Program-made: the position numbers and the translations under genes
Shown: one piece after another, positions 26,509 through 36,366 of the stretch
How positions within the stretch are numbered: position 1 is the first letter of the stretch
Layout: each line of letters begins with the position of its first letter
The notes under the pieces: generated by a model
What the model was told of the DNA's origin: nothing
Databases searched by the model: none
What the model saw: only the letters and a program-made list of their open reading frames with translations
DNA from: Dehalococcoidia bacterium
Lineage (GTDB): Bacteria > Chloroflexota > Dehalococcoidia > UBA2979
DNA: 52,844 bases
NCBI GenBank assembly: GCA_963694535.1
Contig: CAVODE010000002.1
Location: forward strand, 1 to 52,844
Direction of reading: 5' to 3'

Positions 26509-27267
26509 TTGTTAAACTTTATGCCAAGTAATCTAATGAGCCTCTTCGATGGGTCAAAGCTAAACGGAGCTATGGATACGCAAAACCGTAAAGCGATGAT
26601 CATCGCGGCCCATCCCGATGACGGTGAATTCGGGGCAGCCGGAACTGCGACCCTACTGGCAGCCGCTGGATGGACCTTTGAGTATCTAGTGATCACAGAC
26701 GGCAGCAAGGGTAGTTCGGACGGAACCGTAGACGCAAATGAGTTGCGAGAGACGCGGTTAGTCGAACAAAATGACGCCGCCCAACATCTTGGAATTTCGA
26801 AGGTGACAAGTTTAAATTATGTCGATGGTGAGTTACTAGCAGGCAGGACTTTGCTTGGTGAAATAGTTCGTCAAATCAGGATATTCAAACCGGAAATTAT
26901 TTTCACTCATGACCCCGAATCAATGTTCTCTGGCACCGGGTGGATTCATCACTCTGATCATCGAATAACTGGGCAAATGGTTATCGATGCGGTCTATCCA
27001 GCAGCCAGGGATATATTGAATTTTCCAGAACATTTTGATGAAGGTCTCACAACGCATAATGTACAAACCATATATTTATGGGACACAGAAAAACCAAACA
27101 TTTATATCGATATCTCTGATGTGCTTGAAAAGAAAATATCAGCACTACTGTCACATAAATCACAATTTCCCAGTCCAAAGCTGTTTGCTCATCAATCACG
27201 ACAGATGTGGCAGGACTTCGACGGTAAATATCGTGAAGAATTTCGTCGCCTCGATATTTGGGCGTAA
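26509..27267 (+). CDS. PIG-L family (LmbE-like) deacetylase
   Basis: MIIAAHPDDGEFGAAGT and HSDH motifs. The track start is TTG 26509. ATG 26572 (MDTQNRKAMIIAAHPDD, preceded by GGAG) looks more likely. Confidence 0.8.
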   Translation: MLNFMPSNLMSLFDGSKLNGAMDTQNRKAMIIAAHPDDGEFGAAGTATLLAAAGWTFEYLVITDGSKGSSDGTVDANELRETRLVEQNDAAQHLGISKVTSLNYVDGELLAGRTLLGEIVRQIRIFKPEIIFTHDPESMFSGTGWIHHSDHRITGQMVIDAVYPAARDILNFPEHFDEGLTTHNVQTIYLWDTEKPNIYIDISDVLEKKISALLSHKSQFPSPKLFAHQSRQMWQDFDGKYREEFRRLDIWA

Positions 27268-27277
27268 AGAATAATAA

Positions 27278-27805
27278 ATGTACATAGAAATGAAATATTG
27301 CCAAAACTGCGGATCTGCACTGAAGGCATCTGAGCCAATTTTGTTACATCGGCCGATAAATTGCCCGACTTGCCACTTCCAAATGTGGCGTGACCCGAAG
27401 GTTGTCGCGGGAGCTGTGGTGCTGTGTGAACATGAAATTCTTTTAGTCCAGAGACAAAACGAACTGCAACCTGATCTGTGGAGCCTTCCAGCTGGCTTCG
27501 TTAATCAAGGTGAAGAACCAGCCATTGCAGCTCAGAGAGAAGTTCTCGAGGAAACTCAAATACAGATTGAAGTGATTGAGCTGTTAGGCCTAACTTCGAG
27601 CAAAGAAATTATATTCATTGCTTACTCATCATCACTGCCATTGAAAGACAAGCGTGCCCCCCAAATTAGCGAGGAATTAGTGATGGCAGAGTGGCATTCC
27701 TTAACGCGTCTACCTAGCTTAGCTTTTCCGCATGACAAAACCTTTATAGATAGAGCTGCGAGTAATATTGGTTTACCATTAATCAAGATTGAGCATGATC
27801 AATGA
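27278..27805 (+). CDS. NUDIX hydrolase with N-terminal zinc ribbon (NudC-like layout)
   Basis: CQNC...CPTC ribbon followed by the NUDIX box GFVNQGEEPAIAAQREVLEETQI. Confidence 0.85.
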   Translation: MYIEMKYCQNCGSALKASEPILLHRPINCPTCHFQMWRDPKVVAGAVVLCEHEILLVQRQNELQPDLWSLPAGFVNQGEEPAIAAQREVLEETQIQIEVIELLGLTSSKEIIFIAYSSSLPLKDKRAPQISEELVMAEWHSLTRLPSLAFPHDKTFIDRAASNIGLPLIKIEHDQ

Positions 27806-28335
27806 CTAATAAATCAACCTCAAAAAAAGACGTACCAGCAGATATAAATTCTGAATTCAAAGGATCGCCCATCACACTCCTACAACAGAGAGGTATCGAG
27901 GCGGAAGTTTTCATTCCACTAGTCAGAAAACTAGAAAAAGAATTAGGGCAAGAAAAAGCCCATGAACTCGCTAAAGAGACTATCTATGAAATGGCTCGTG
28001 AACAAGGCAAGCAATTCTCTCGGCTAATTCAAAAAACCGATCTAAATGGTTTCCGAACTATCAAAGACACGTGGAGTGCGGCGGGCTCTGATCTCGACAT
28101 CGAAGTAATTCAGGACAATGACGACTCATTTCACTTTAATGTCACTGGATGTCGGTTTGCACAATTATTCAAATCGTTAGGAGCGACCGATCTTGGAGCA
28201 ATATTCTCCTGCGGGCGTGACTTCGCTCTGTCACAGGGCTATTCTGAAGACATTGAACTAAACAGAACACAAACCATCATGGAAGGTGCTTCGTTCTGCG
28301 ACTTTCGTTATAGTTGGAAACCAACACACAAATAA
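27802..28335 (+). CDS. L-2-amino-thiazoline-4-carboxylic acid hydrolase family protein
   Basis: C-terminal CRFAQLFKSLGATDLGAIFSCGRDFALSQGYS...LNRTQTIMEGASFCDFRY matches my recollection of PF14196. It overlaps the NUDIX gene by 4 nt. Confidence 0.5.
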   Translation: MTNKSTSKKDVPADINSEFKGSPITLLQQRGIEAEVFIPLVRKLEKELGQEKAHELAKETIYEMAREQGKQFSRLIQKTDLNGFRTIKDTWSAAGSDLDIEVIQDNDDSFHFNVTGCRFAQLFKSLGATDLGAIFSCGRDFALSQGYSEDIELNRTQTIMEGASFCDFRYSWKPTHK

Positions 28336-28358
28336 GAAAAAGTATGGAGGGAAATTGA

Positions 28359-28688
28359 ATGGAAATCAGCGTTGTGCTAAGTGATACCTGTGGGTACCAC
28401 GAAGAAACTCAAGAGATTCTAAAAGAAGCTATGGCACAAGCCGGTGTTGAGGCCGAAATTCAGGTTACAGTGATTCACCAAGATGAAGAAGCTATCTCTG
28501 TGAATTGCATCGCGTCACCAACAATTAGAATAGACGGGCTTGATGTCGAATATCAGGAAAGAGAGCCCGAAGAAAGATCAGCTGGACAGCGATATTTCAA
28601 TACTCCCGCTGGCTGGAAACCTTATCCAGAAGTGGGAATGATTGTAAGGGCGTTAGAAGCCGCAAAAGTTCGTGAAACAGGCGCATAA
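28359..28688 (+). CDS. Thioredoxin-fold-like small protein with degenerate CxxC (CGYH)
   Basis: MEISVVLSDTCGYHEETQEILKEAMAQAGVEAEIQV...SPTIRIDGLDV resembles the redox-active-disulfide-protein-2 / Thioredoxin_3 layout, but the second Cys is His. Weak call. Confidence 0.3.
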   Translation: MEISVVLSDTCGYHEETQEILKEAMAQAGVEAEIQVTVIHQDEEAISVNCIASPTIRIDGLDVEYQEREPEERSAGQRYFNTPAGWKPYPEVGMIVRALEAAKVRETGA

Positions 28689-28709
28689 TTCTTCATAATC
28701 ACGTGACAA

Positions 28710-29132
28710 GTGGTTGAAAAAAGGACTACCCACATGGTACGCAAACATGATCTACGCAAAATACCAGGAGCAAACCGTTTTCTCTCGGAAGCTCTTTCTG
28801 CCATAAAGTTTGCGAAACCCAAAGTAAAAAAAATCAGTGAGGATCTAGGGATCAGCCAAAGTGCGCTTCAAGAGAAAAGTTATGATCTGGCAGCAAAAGC
28901 TAAACACTCAGCCGCTGAATTGAGCCCCAAAGTTTCAGAAGCTCTAGAAGGTGTTAAGGACTATGCTACCGAACACGAGACCGAACTAAAAAAAGGTGCG
29001 AGCGAAAGCGCTAAGGTTGCTTCAAAAATGCTAACACCACCCCTCTTGAGACCAGCGCTGGATGCATTTCTGAATGAAGTAAAGAGTCAGGACGAGCTTT
29101 CTGAAAAAGCCGAAGATGACTCCACGCCCTAA
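28710..29132 (+). CDS. Hypothetical helical, Lys/Glu/Ala-rich protein
   Basis: ORF only, with no recognised family. The start could be ATG 28734. Confidence 0.35.
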   Translation: MVEKRTTHMVRKHDLRKIPGANRFLSEALSAIKFAKPKVKKISEDLGISQSALQEKSYDLAAKAKHSAAELSPKVSEALEGVKDYATEHETELKKGASESAKVASKMLTPPLLRPALDAFLNEVKSQDELSEKAEDDSTP

Positions 29133-29218
29133 TAAATATTCTTATTGCTTTATCTAGACAGACACGCCGAACTAACCGTAGCCTTAATTTATCCCGCGTT
29201 CACTAAAATAATAGTCTG

Positions 29219-29842
29219 TCAACCGACCTTCATAGTATCTTCAAAAGCAGAACTCGTATCCGGTTTCTTACTTGACCTGCTTGACTCATAATTTGATATC
29301 TCATCCTCATATTGCATAGTTATGCCTATGTCATCCAAACCGTTCAAAAGTCTGTGCTTAACAAATGGATCTATTTCAAAGCTTCTTTGCCAATCGGACC
29401 CTTCTAATTTCACAGTCTGACTGGATAAATCAATACGCACTTGCGAATCCGGTAACTCCTCAGCACGCGACATAAGATAATCAATGTCTGACTGGTCTAA
29501 AACAATCGTGAGCAGGCCAACTTTGGAACAGTTATTTCGAAAAATATCAGCAAATGACGGAGCCAAGATTGCCTGCACTCCAATATCCTCTAGACCCCAA
29601 ACAGCATGCTCTCTCGAAGATCCACAGCCAAAATTTTGCTGCGCAAGCATTATCGGTGCACCCGTATAATTCGAATCATTCAACACAAAGGATTCTTCCT
29701 TACGCCACTCGTAAAAAGCGAACGGGCCATACCCAGATCTTTCAATTCTCTTTAGAAACTGTTTTGGCATAATTTGATCGGTATCAACATCTGCTCGATT
29801 AAGTGGAATTGTTTTGCCTTGTATCGATTCAATAGTTTTCAT
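29219..29842 (-). CDS. leuD: 3-isopropylmalate dehydratase small subunit
   Basis: DVDTDQIMPKQFLK and QNFGCGSSREHAVWGL motifs. It sits immediately downstream of leuC. Confidence 0.9.
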   Translation of the reverse strand: MKTIESIQGKTIPLNRADVDTDQIMPKQFLKRIERSGYGPFAFYEWRKEESFVLNDSNYTGAPIMLAQQNFGCGSSREHAVWGLEDIGVQAILAPSFADIFRNNCSKVGLLTIVLDQSDIDYLMSRAEELPDSQVRIDLSSQTVKLEGSDWQRSFEIDPFVKHRLLNGLDDIGITMQYEDEISNYESSRSSKKPDTSSAFEDTMKVG

Positions 29843-29859
29843 TTTTTATTGCTCCCAAG

Positions 29860-31269
29860 TTAGATTTCACGGATATCTACGAAATGCCCGGCGACTGCGG
29901 CCGCGGCCGCCATAGTGGGACTAACCAAATGAGTTCTTCCGCCGGCGCCCTGACGGCCCTCAAAATTCCTGTTCGAAGTCGAAGCAGACCGTTCCCCAGG
30001 AAGCAAAATGTCGGGATTCATGCCCAAACACATTGAACATCCTGGATCACGCCATTCGAAACCTGCATCCTTGAAAATCGAGTCCAGTCCTTCGGCTTCA
30101 GCCTGTATTTTCACCGGCCCCGAACCAGGCACAACCATCGCCTTAACAGTCTCGGATATTCGCTTGCCTTTCAGAACTGATGCGGCCTCTCGAAGATCCT
30201 CAATACGTCCATTCGTGCAAGATCCAATAAAAACTCTGTCTATATTAATATCTTCTATGCGTTGTCCGGACTCCAAGTCCATGTACGTAAGAGCGCGTTC
30301 AGCCGTTTCCTTACCAGCCGCGGTCGTAAAATCCTCAGGTCCAGGAACACGGCCCGAAATCGGAACTGACTGAGCAGGTGTTGTTCCCCAAGTCACATGT
30401 GGCTCAATCTCAGAACCATTTAGCACTATCGAGTGATCAAATTCAGCTCCATTATCAGTCTTTAGTGAACTCCAATCTTTCACCGCAGCATCCCAGGCTT
30501 CCCCCTCCGGAGCCATCGATCTTCCCTTCAAATACTCAAAAGTTACCTCATCAGGAGCAATTAGTCCGGCTCGCGCACCGGCCTCAATTGTCATATTACA
30601 GACTGTCATTCGAGCTTCCATAGAAAGAGACTCAATCAGCTCGCCTCGATATTCAATAACTCGTCCAACTCCTCCGTCGACGCCCATTCGTCGGATGATT
30701 GCAAGGATTACATCCTTAGATGTAACTCCTGGCGAAAGGGAACCGGTTACCTCGACCGACATAGTTTCAGGAGGTACCTGCGGTAGTGTTTGTGTCGCCA
30801 ATACATGTTCAACTTCTGACGTACCTATCCCAAAGGCCAATGATCCAAAGGCGCCGTGAGTTGATGTATGCGAGTCACCACACACAATCGTCATGCCAGG
30901 CTGCGTCAAACCGTGCTCAGGTGCAATAATATGCACCACCCCCTGTCTCGTATCAAAAATATCCCAAAGAGGTATACCAAATTCCGCTGCATTTTTCTGC
31001 ATAGTCTCTATTTGTTTAGTAGAAAGTGGGTCTGGATTTGGGAGATCTCGACCCTGAGTAGGTACGTTGTGATCCACCGTAGCTAACGTAAGGTCTGGGC
31101 GACGAACTGGGCGATCAGCTAAGCGTAAAGCCTCAAATGCCTGAGGAGATGTGACCTCATGAACCAAATGCAAATCGATATAAAGCAGATCTGGCTCACC
31201 TGTGTGAGAGCGAACAATATGTTGCTCCCATATTTTCTCGATAATTGTTTTTTTCACATCCATTACCAA
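29860..31269 (-). CDS. leuC: 3-isopropylmalate dehydratase large subunit
   Basis: Aconitase-family motifs [26 protein letters not shown] and [11 protein letters not shown]. Confidence 0.92.
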   Translation of the reverse strand: MVMDVKKTIIEKIWEQHIVRSHTGEPDLLYIDLHLVHEVTSPQAFEALRLADRPVRRPDLTLATVDHNVPTQGRDLPNPDPLSTKQIETMQKNAAEFGIPLWDIFDTRQGVVHIIAPEHGLTQPGMTIVCGDSHTSTHGAFGSLAFGIGTSEVEHVLATQTLPQVPPETMSVEVTGSLSPGVTSKDVILAIIRRMGVDGGVGRVIEYRGELIESLSMEARMTVCNMTIEAGARAGLIAPDEVTFEYLKGRSMAPEGEAWDAAVKDWSSLKTDNGAEFDHSIVLNGSEIEPHVTWGTTPAQSVPISGRVPGPEDFTTAAGKETAERALTYMDLESGQRIEDINIDRVFIGSCTNGRIEDLREAASVLKGKRISETVKAMVVPGSGPVKIQAEAEGLDSIFKDAGFEWRDPGCSMCLGMNPDILLPGERSASTSNRNFEGRQGAGGRTHLVSPTMAAAAAVAGHFVDIREI

Positions 31270-31309
31270 CCCCTTTATCTATCGCCCACAATTTAACTTC
31301 AAACCATCT

Positions 31310-32848
31310 TTACGAAGTCATCTGGTCATTCAATGAACGATTCATCGCATATATATAAGCACGTGTACTAGCAACCAGTATGTCAGGATCAGCAGCCCTT
31401 CCCATATAGCTGTGACCATTCGACTCAATTCGAATAGTTACCTCACCCTGAGCATCAATACCTTCCGTCACCGATTTAACACTGTATTCAGTTAAAGTAT
31501 TTTCTGCGCCCGTCACCCTGTTGACAGCGTTATAAATAGCGTCAACAGGACCCTCTCCGACAGCAGCATCTTCAAATACTTCATCGGAAGAATTAACCAA
31601 ACGAACTGTTGCGGTAGGCCTCCCGTGATCTGTCGTAGAAACTTGAACAAGATCTAATTTCCATAACTCGTCGACATCTAGTGATGTATGCTCCGAAATA
31701 ATAGCCATCAAGTCTCTATCATCTACTTCATCTTTTCGATCAGCGACATCCTTAAAGGCAGCAAACACTTTATCTAAATCAATACTTTCGAGGTCAACTC
31801 CCAAGTCTTGTAATCGCGCCGACAGACCGTGACGACCAGATACTTTGGTGAGTACGATAGATTCACCTGTTGGTTGTCCCACAGACTCAGCACTCATAAT
31901 TTCATATGTCTCACGCATCTTTAGCACACCATCCTGATGAATCCCAGACGAATGTCGAAAAGCATTGCGACCAACGATTGCCTTATTATTCTGAACCTGC
32001 ATTCCGGACAATCGTTCCACCAGTTTTGAAGCAGGATATAGCTCAGTATGCTCTATATCGGTATACACACCCATCATGTCTTGACGTGTGGCGATCGCCA
32101 TAATAACTTCCTCTATCGAAGTGTTCCCCGCACGTTCACCAATACCATTAACAGCACCTTCAATCTGACGTGCACCTCCAAGTACACCAGCAATCGAGTT
32201 TGCGGTCGCCATGCCTAAATCGTTATGACAATGCACTGAAATTCGTGCCTTATGGATATTGGCAACATTCTCATAAATTGATTTAATAAAAGCGGTAAAA
32301 GATTCCGGTATCGCATAGCCAACGGTATCCGGAATGTTAATTGTTGTAGCGCCCTCTTCAATAGCCGCTTCCAGGATCTGATAAACAAAATCTGGGTCAG
32401 ATCTGGATGCATCCATTGGAGAAAATTCCACGTCAGACACATACCCTTTTGCTCGTGCGACACCAGCGCGAGCCATTTCAATAATATCTTCACGGTTTTT
32501 TCGTAGTTGATGAGCCATATGAATATCGCTTGTTGAAAGAAATACATGGATACGAGGAGATTCCGCTTGACTCAGAGCTTGCCACGCCGCGTCGATGTCC
32601 TCAGGCACAGCTCGCGCTAAACCAGCAATTACTGGTCCTCGAACATCTCGAGCAATTGATGCTACCGCATCAAGATCGCCTGGCGACGTGGCAGGGAAAC
32701 CTGCCTCAATGATGTCTACATTAAGCTTTGCCAGTTGCTTAGCAATTTCAACTTTGTCCTCTTTTGTAAAGGAAATCCCTGCAGATTGTTCGCCATCTCG
32801 AAGAGTTGTATCGAAAATATACACTTTATCGTTATCGTTATTAGTCAT
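31310..32848 (-). CDS. leuA: 2-isopropylmalate synthase
   Basis: IFDTTLRDGEQSAG, HCHNDLGMATANS, NGIGERAGNTSIEE and a C-terminal LeuA allosteric domain. Confidence 0.9.
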   Translation of the reverse strand: MTNNDNDKVYIFDTTLRDGEQSAGISFTKEDKVEIAKQLAKLNVDIIEAGFPATSPGDLDAVASIARDVRGPVIAGLARAVPEDIDAAWQALSQAESPRIHVFLSTSDIHMAHQLRKNREDIIEMARAGVARAKGYVSDVEFSPMDASRSDPDFVYQILEAAIEEGATTINIPDTVGYAIPESFTAFIKSIYENVANIHKARISVHCHNDLGMATANSIAGVLGGARQIEGAVNGIGERAGNTSIEEVIMAIATRQDMMGVYTDIEHTELYPASKLVERLSGMQVQNNKAIVGRNAFRHSSGIHQDGVLKMRETYEIMSAESVGQPTGESIVLTKVSGRHGLSARLQDLGVDLESIDLDKVFAAFKDVADRKDEVDDRDLMAIISEHTSLDVDELWKLDLVQVSTTDHGRPTATVRLVNSSDEVFEDAAVGEGPVDAIYNAVNRVTGAENTLTEYSVKSVTEGIDAQGEVTIRIESNGHSYMGRAADPDILVASTRAYIYAMNRSLNDQMTS

Positions 32849-32881
32849 TGTCTTTTAACCTTCAGTCTTAGTATAAATTGT

Positions 32882-32929
32882 AAAAAATACGAGGTAGGCC
32901 CTCCCGTTTGCTCTATGCAACGGAGGGCC
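32882..32929 (-). promoter_or_regulatory. GC-rich hairpin plus downstream U6 in the leuA 5' leader (possible attenuator element)
   Basis: Minus strand: GGCCCUCCGUUGC-AUAGA-GCAAACGGGAGGGCC (32897-32929, two bulges). U6 (32882-32887) follows 9 nt downstream, about 35 nt before the leuA ATG. Confidence 0.3.
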
Positions 32930-33147
32930 GCTGAAGCGACAAAGGTAATAGTAGAGACAACAATCGTATTTTCAAAGAAACCTCTTAGTGTTCTATACTG
33001 AGCTCCATAACTATAAGGGATAACAAGGTTGTTTACCTTCATATCCTTCTGTTGCCGAATGTGTCATGAAACTTAACATTTTTGACTCATTCCACACTAA
33101 ACTGCGGAAGATTAGTTTTTTTGCATGAAGTATGAAGGAATATCCCG

Positions 33148-34296
33148 ATGAAAAGCCTCAAACAAAAGTATTGCATCGTTGGTGTCGGTAATACAGCATA
33201 TGGAAAGAATCCTGGCATCTCGCAAATCGCTCACAATGTACTAGCAATTCGTTCAGCCCTAGAAGATGCCGGTCTAACTACTCAGGATCTTGATGGCGTG
33301 CTGACTAAAGCTCCTACCTCAACTTTTCCAATGCTCTGGGGACCAAAAATTGCTGAAGCGTTGCGAATTCAGCCCAAAGTTACTGCGACTCTAGATCAGG
33401 CCGGTGCAAGTAATATAGGACTCATTCAGTACGCTATAAGCGCAATTGAGTTGGGGCAAGCAGAGGTAATAGCAATCTCCTATGGAGATAATCCACGAAC
33501 AGGTACGCGTGCCTCATATGCGCGGCCGAGAGGTGACGACGCACTAGCAGGATTATTTGGAGCACCATCAAGCTACGCGATGGTTGCGAAAAGACATATG
33601 CATGAATATGGAACGACCAACGAACAGCTTGCAAATGTGGCAATCGCTCATCGAACGCACGCAAGCATGAACCCAGGTGCCCAATTTCAAGAACTTTTCA
33701 CAGTCGACGACTATATGTCATCCAGATGGGTGGCCGAACCATTCAGATTGCTTGACTGCTGTCCTGTTTCAGATGGTGGCGCAGCTTACATTATAACCAC
33801 CGAAGAAAAGGCCAAAGAGCTCAAAACATTGCCGGTTTATATAGAGGGAATCGGTCAAGCACACCCATCCTGGGATTTCTATCGTCGACCCGAATTAGCT
33901 ACAAGTGGTGCAAAAATAGCGGGAAAGATGGCTTTCGAATCGGCTGGTCTCCAACCAGCTGACGTCGATTTCTGTGAAATATATGATTGCTTCACAATTG
34001 TGCCTCTTATAAGCCTCGAGGAATATGGGTTTGTAGGCAAAGGTGAAGGAGGTTCATTTTATGAAGAGCAAAGGACCCATATTGGCGGTGAGCTACCCTG
34101 CAATACTTCAGGAGGTCTATTATCTGAAACGGGCATGCCAGGAACTCAACTGGTCGTAGAGGCAGTCCGTCAGCTAAGAGGCCAAGGCCAAAACAGACAA
34201 GTCAAAGGGGCGGAAGTCGGCCTAGTTAGTCAACAAGGTGGAATCATGACCACTCACGCTACGATGCTTTTGTCGAACCAAGGAGTACACCAATGA
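33148..34296 (+). CDS. Thiolase-like protein (SCP-x / acetyl-CoA acetyltransferase family)
   Basis: 382 aa with a thiolase C-terminal motif (NTSGGLLSETGMPG). It is paired with a DUF35 OB-fold gene, as is typical. Confidence 0.85.
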   Translation: MKSLKQKYCIVGVGNTAYGKNPGISQIAHNVLAIRSALEDAGLTTQDLDGVLTKAPTSTFPMLWGPKIAEALRIQPKVTATLDQAGASNIGLIQYAISAIELGQAEVIAISYGDNPRTGTRASYARPRGDDALAGLFGAPSSYAMVAKRHMHEYGTTNEQLANVAIAHRTHASMNPGAQFQELFTVDDYMSSRWVAEPFRLLDCCPVSDGGAAYIITTEEKAKELKTLPVYIEGIGQAHPSWDFYRRPELATSGAKIAGKMAFESAGLQPADVDFCEIYDCFTIVPLISLEEYGFVGKGEGGSFYEEQRTHIGGELPCNTSGGLLSETGMPGTQLVVEAVRQLRGQGQNRQVKGAEVGLVSQQGGIMTTHATMLLSNQGVHQ

Positions 34297-34730
34297 GCGA
34301 GCTTCCGGTCGCTGATAAATTCGCTGCTTTCGAAGAGTTAATTCCTCCACTCACCGATTTAAACACTCCGTACAGAGAAGCTCTTAGTCGCGGCGAACTG
34401 ATTCTTCAACAATGCCAAACCTGTACTAGTCATCAATACCCCTTCGAATCATTTTGCTATGAGTGCGGATCCACTGAATTAGAAAACAAAATATCGCTCG
34501 GGCAAGGCTTTGTATATTCCTTCGTTAAGGTCCACCAACCCTACCATTCAGCGTTCAAACCATTTATTCCCTACACGGTTGCAACCATTCAGCTGGACGA
34601 CGGGCCTCGCCTACTCTCCGCAATGCTAGAACTTACGACCGAAGTAAAAATAGACGACAGAGTAAAGCCACGTATTGAAAGAATTACTGCTAGTGAGTCG
34701 ATGCTAATGTACGAATTAGAAAGGTCTTAA
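34293..34730 (+). CDS. Zn-ribbon/OB-fold protein (DUF35 family), thiolase partner
   Basis: CQTC...CYEC rubredoxin-like ribbon followed by an OB-fold segment. It overlaps the thiolase gene by 4 nt. Confidence 0.8.
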   Translation: MSELPVADKFAAFEELIPPLTDLNTPYREALSRGELILQQCQTCTSHQYPFESFCYECGSTELENKISLGQGFVYSFVKVHQPYHSAFKPFIPYTVATIQLDDGPRLLSAMLELTTEVKIDDRVKPRIERITASESMLMYELERS

Positions 34731-34731
34731 T

Positions 34732-35157
34732 GTGCGTATAAGAAAACCCTGGACACTGTGGGATAACTCAGTCAATTACAAAACATTACCAGGAGCTATG
34801 GGTGTTTTTGAAATTGCTGATAGTGAACAAAAAACCATTTATATTGGGAAGGCATCAGGAAAGTCGCCTTTCGGGCTTCGAGGTGAATTATTCCTATGTT
34901 TCGGCGAAAAGACTGATTTCGATGGCAAGAATTGGATCCATCCTAAAATGGGTCAACCACTTCCCATAATTCAAAAGCATGCAGCGTACTTTCGGTACGA
35001 GGTGAATCATATGTATTACAGTCGCTGGATAGAAATTCTCACACGTTTTAATGAGGATCACGGCCGACTACCGACTGGGAATCTAGAAGACCCCGAAGTC
35101 ATTCCAGAACTCGGTCGTTACCATTGGAAAACTAAAGAAAGCGGAACGGAGAACTAG
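34732..35157 (+). CDS. Small GIY-YIG-like domain protein
   Basis: GVFEIADSEQKTIYIGKA has the GIY-(10 aa)-YIG spacing. It is followed by LRGEL (Arg), FRYEV and WIEIL...GRLPTGN (Glu/Asn positions). GTG start 1 nt after the DUF35 stop; the ORF ends 1 nt before the ACAD start. Confidence 0.4.
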   Translation: MRIRKPWTLWDNSVNYKTLPGAMGVFEIADSEQKTIYIGKASGKSPFGLRGELFLCFGEKTDFDGKNWIHPKMGQPLPIIQKHAAYFRYEVNHMYYSRWIEILTRFNEDHGRLPTGNLEDPEVIPELGRYHWKTKESGTEN

Positions 35158-35158
35158 A

Positions 35159-36328
35159 ATGGTTGATTTTAGAATCAGTGATGAGCAAAAATTTATTATC
35201 GATAATGTTCGAAGATTAATACGTGAAGAAATAAGGCCACTGGAAGAAGATCTAGATCCAGATGCATTCTCGCTGCCCCCATCAGAAAAAGATCGTCTGG
35301 TTTCCATGGTCAAAGAAATGGGACTTTACCAAATGGACGTTCCCACAGAATACGGCGGTGCAGGAATTGATTTGGTCACGCGAACTCTGGTTGCTGAAGA
35401 ATTATCCCAGCACCGAGCCGGCCTATACGCGCCTGCATATGGTGTTTTCGGACATGGTCCTCCAGGCCAACTGTATAACGCTACTGAAGAACAAAAAGAG
35501 AAATACTTATGGCCTGTAATTCGAGGGGAGAAAAGTGCTTTTTTTGGACTAAGCGAGCCTAGCGGCGGCTCAGATCCAGCACGAGCAATAAAAACCAGAG
35601 GCATAAAAGACGGCGATGACTGGGTCATCAACGGAGGAAAGCTTTGGAATTCGGGAGCCGATACAGCAGATTTTGGAATTGTCTATGTACGTACTGATCC
35701 TTCAAAAGGTCGAGACGGTATCAGTGCGTTCTTAGTCGATACGGACACACCAGGCTTTCGTGTCGAACGACTCGTACAAGTATTAAGAGCACATTACACA
35801 ACTGAGCTGTCATTTACTGATATGCGAATCCCGAGCCAAAATCTACTCGGTGAGGAAGGAAAAGGCTTTGCGCTTGCTAATGATTATCTCAGTATGCAGC
35901 GCATTCCTTACTCCGCCACAGGACTGGGAGTGGCAATTTTAGCGCATGAAATGGCTATGGATTGGGCCAAACAACGAGAAACATTTGGGCAACCACTTGC
36001 CAATCGACAGGCAATCCAATGGATGCTCGTTGATAACGAAATTGATATAAGAACTGGACGTTGGGCCTGCCTGCAAGCAGCCGATCTTGCTCAACGCGGG
36101 GAGCCATTTAGATTTGAATCCTCAATGGCAAAGCTCGTAGCCACTGAGGGTGCCGGCCGAGTAGTCGATCGCTCAATGCAGATTTTCGGTGGCCTTGGAA
36201 TGAGTAAGGATTTGCCGCTTGAGCGTTGGTATCGAGAATTAAGAATTCGCAGAATTGGAGAAGGCCCATCCGAGGTTCAACGAATAGTGATGGCCCGAGA
36301 CTTACTAAATATCAGAAGCGGTTCCTAG
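35159..36328 (+). CDS. Acyl-CoA dehydrogenase
   Basis: FGLSEPSGGSDPA, the WVINGGKLWNSGA pattern, and a C-terminal QIFGGLGMSKDLPLERWYRELR...GEGPSEVQR. Confidence 0.9.
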   Translation: MVDFRISDEQKFIIDNVRRLIREEIRPLEEDLDPDAFSLPPSEKDRLVSMVKEMGLYQMDVPTEYGGAGIDLVTRTLVAEELSQHRAGLYAPAYGVFGHGPPGQLYNATEEQKEKYLWPVIRGEKSAFFGLSEPSGGSDPARAIKTRGIKDGDDWVINGGKLWNSGADTADFGIVYVRTDPSKGRDGISAFLVDTDTPGFRVERLVQVLRAHYTTELSFTDMRIPSQNLLGEEGKGFALANDYLSMQRIPYSATGLGVAILAHEMAMDWAKQRETFGQPLANRQAIQWMLVDNEIDIRTGRWACLQAADLAQRGEPFRFESSMAKLVATEGAGRVVDRSMQIFGGLGMSKDLPLERWYRELRIRRIGEGPSEVQRIVMARDLLNIRSGS

Positions 36329-36366
36329 GTCTCAGAAACCGCTTGCTAGGCTGAGAGGATTAATAG

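Noticed and set aside
32845-33042. 65-aa minus-strand ORF in the leuA leader, considered as a leader peptide
   Set aside because: It is not enriched in Leu, runs through the hairpin and overlaps the leuA start codon. It has no SD and is likely fortuitous.
32849-33147. T-box riboswitch hypothesis for the leuA leader (and for the GGGUGGCC hairpin upstream of ilvB at 41688..41708)
   Set aside because: I could not find the conserved T-box sequence, a specifier-loop/GA-motif Stem I, or AGAGA/AGUA elements. The resemblance is limited to a G-rich run. An Rfam scan is needed to be sure.
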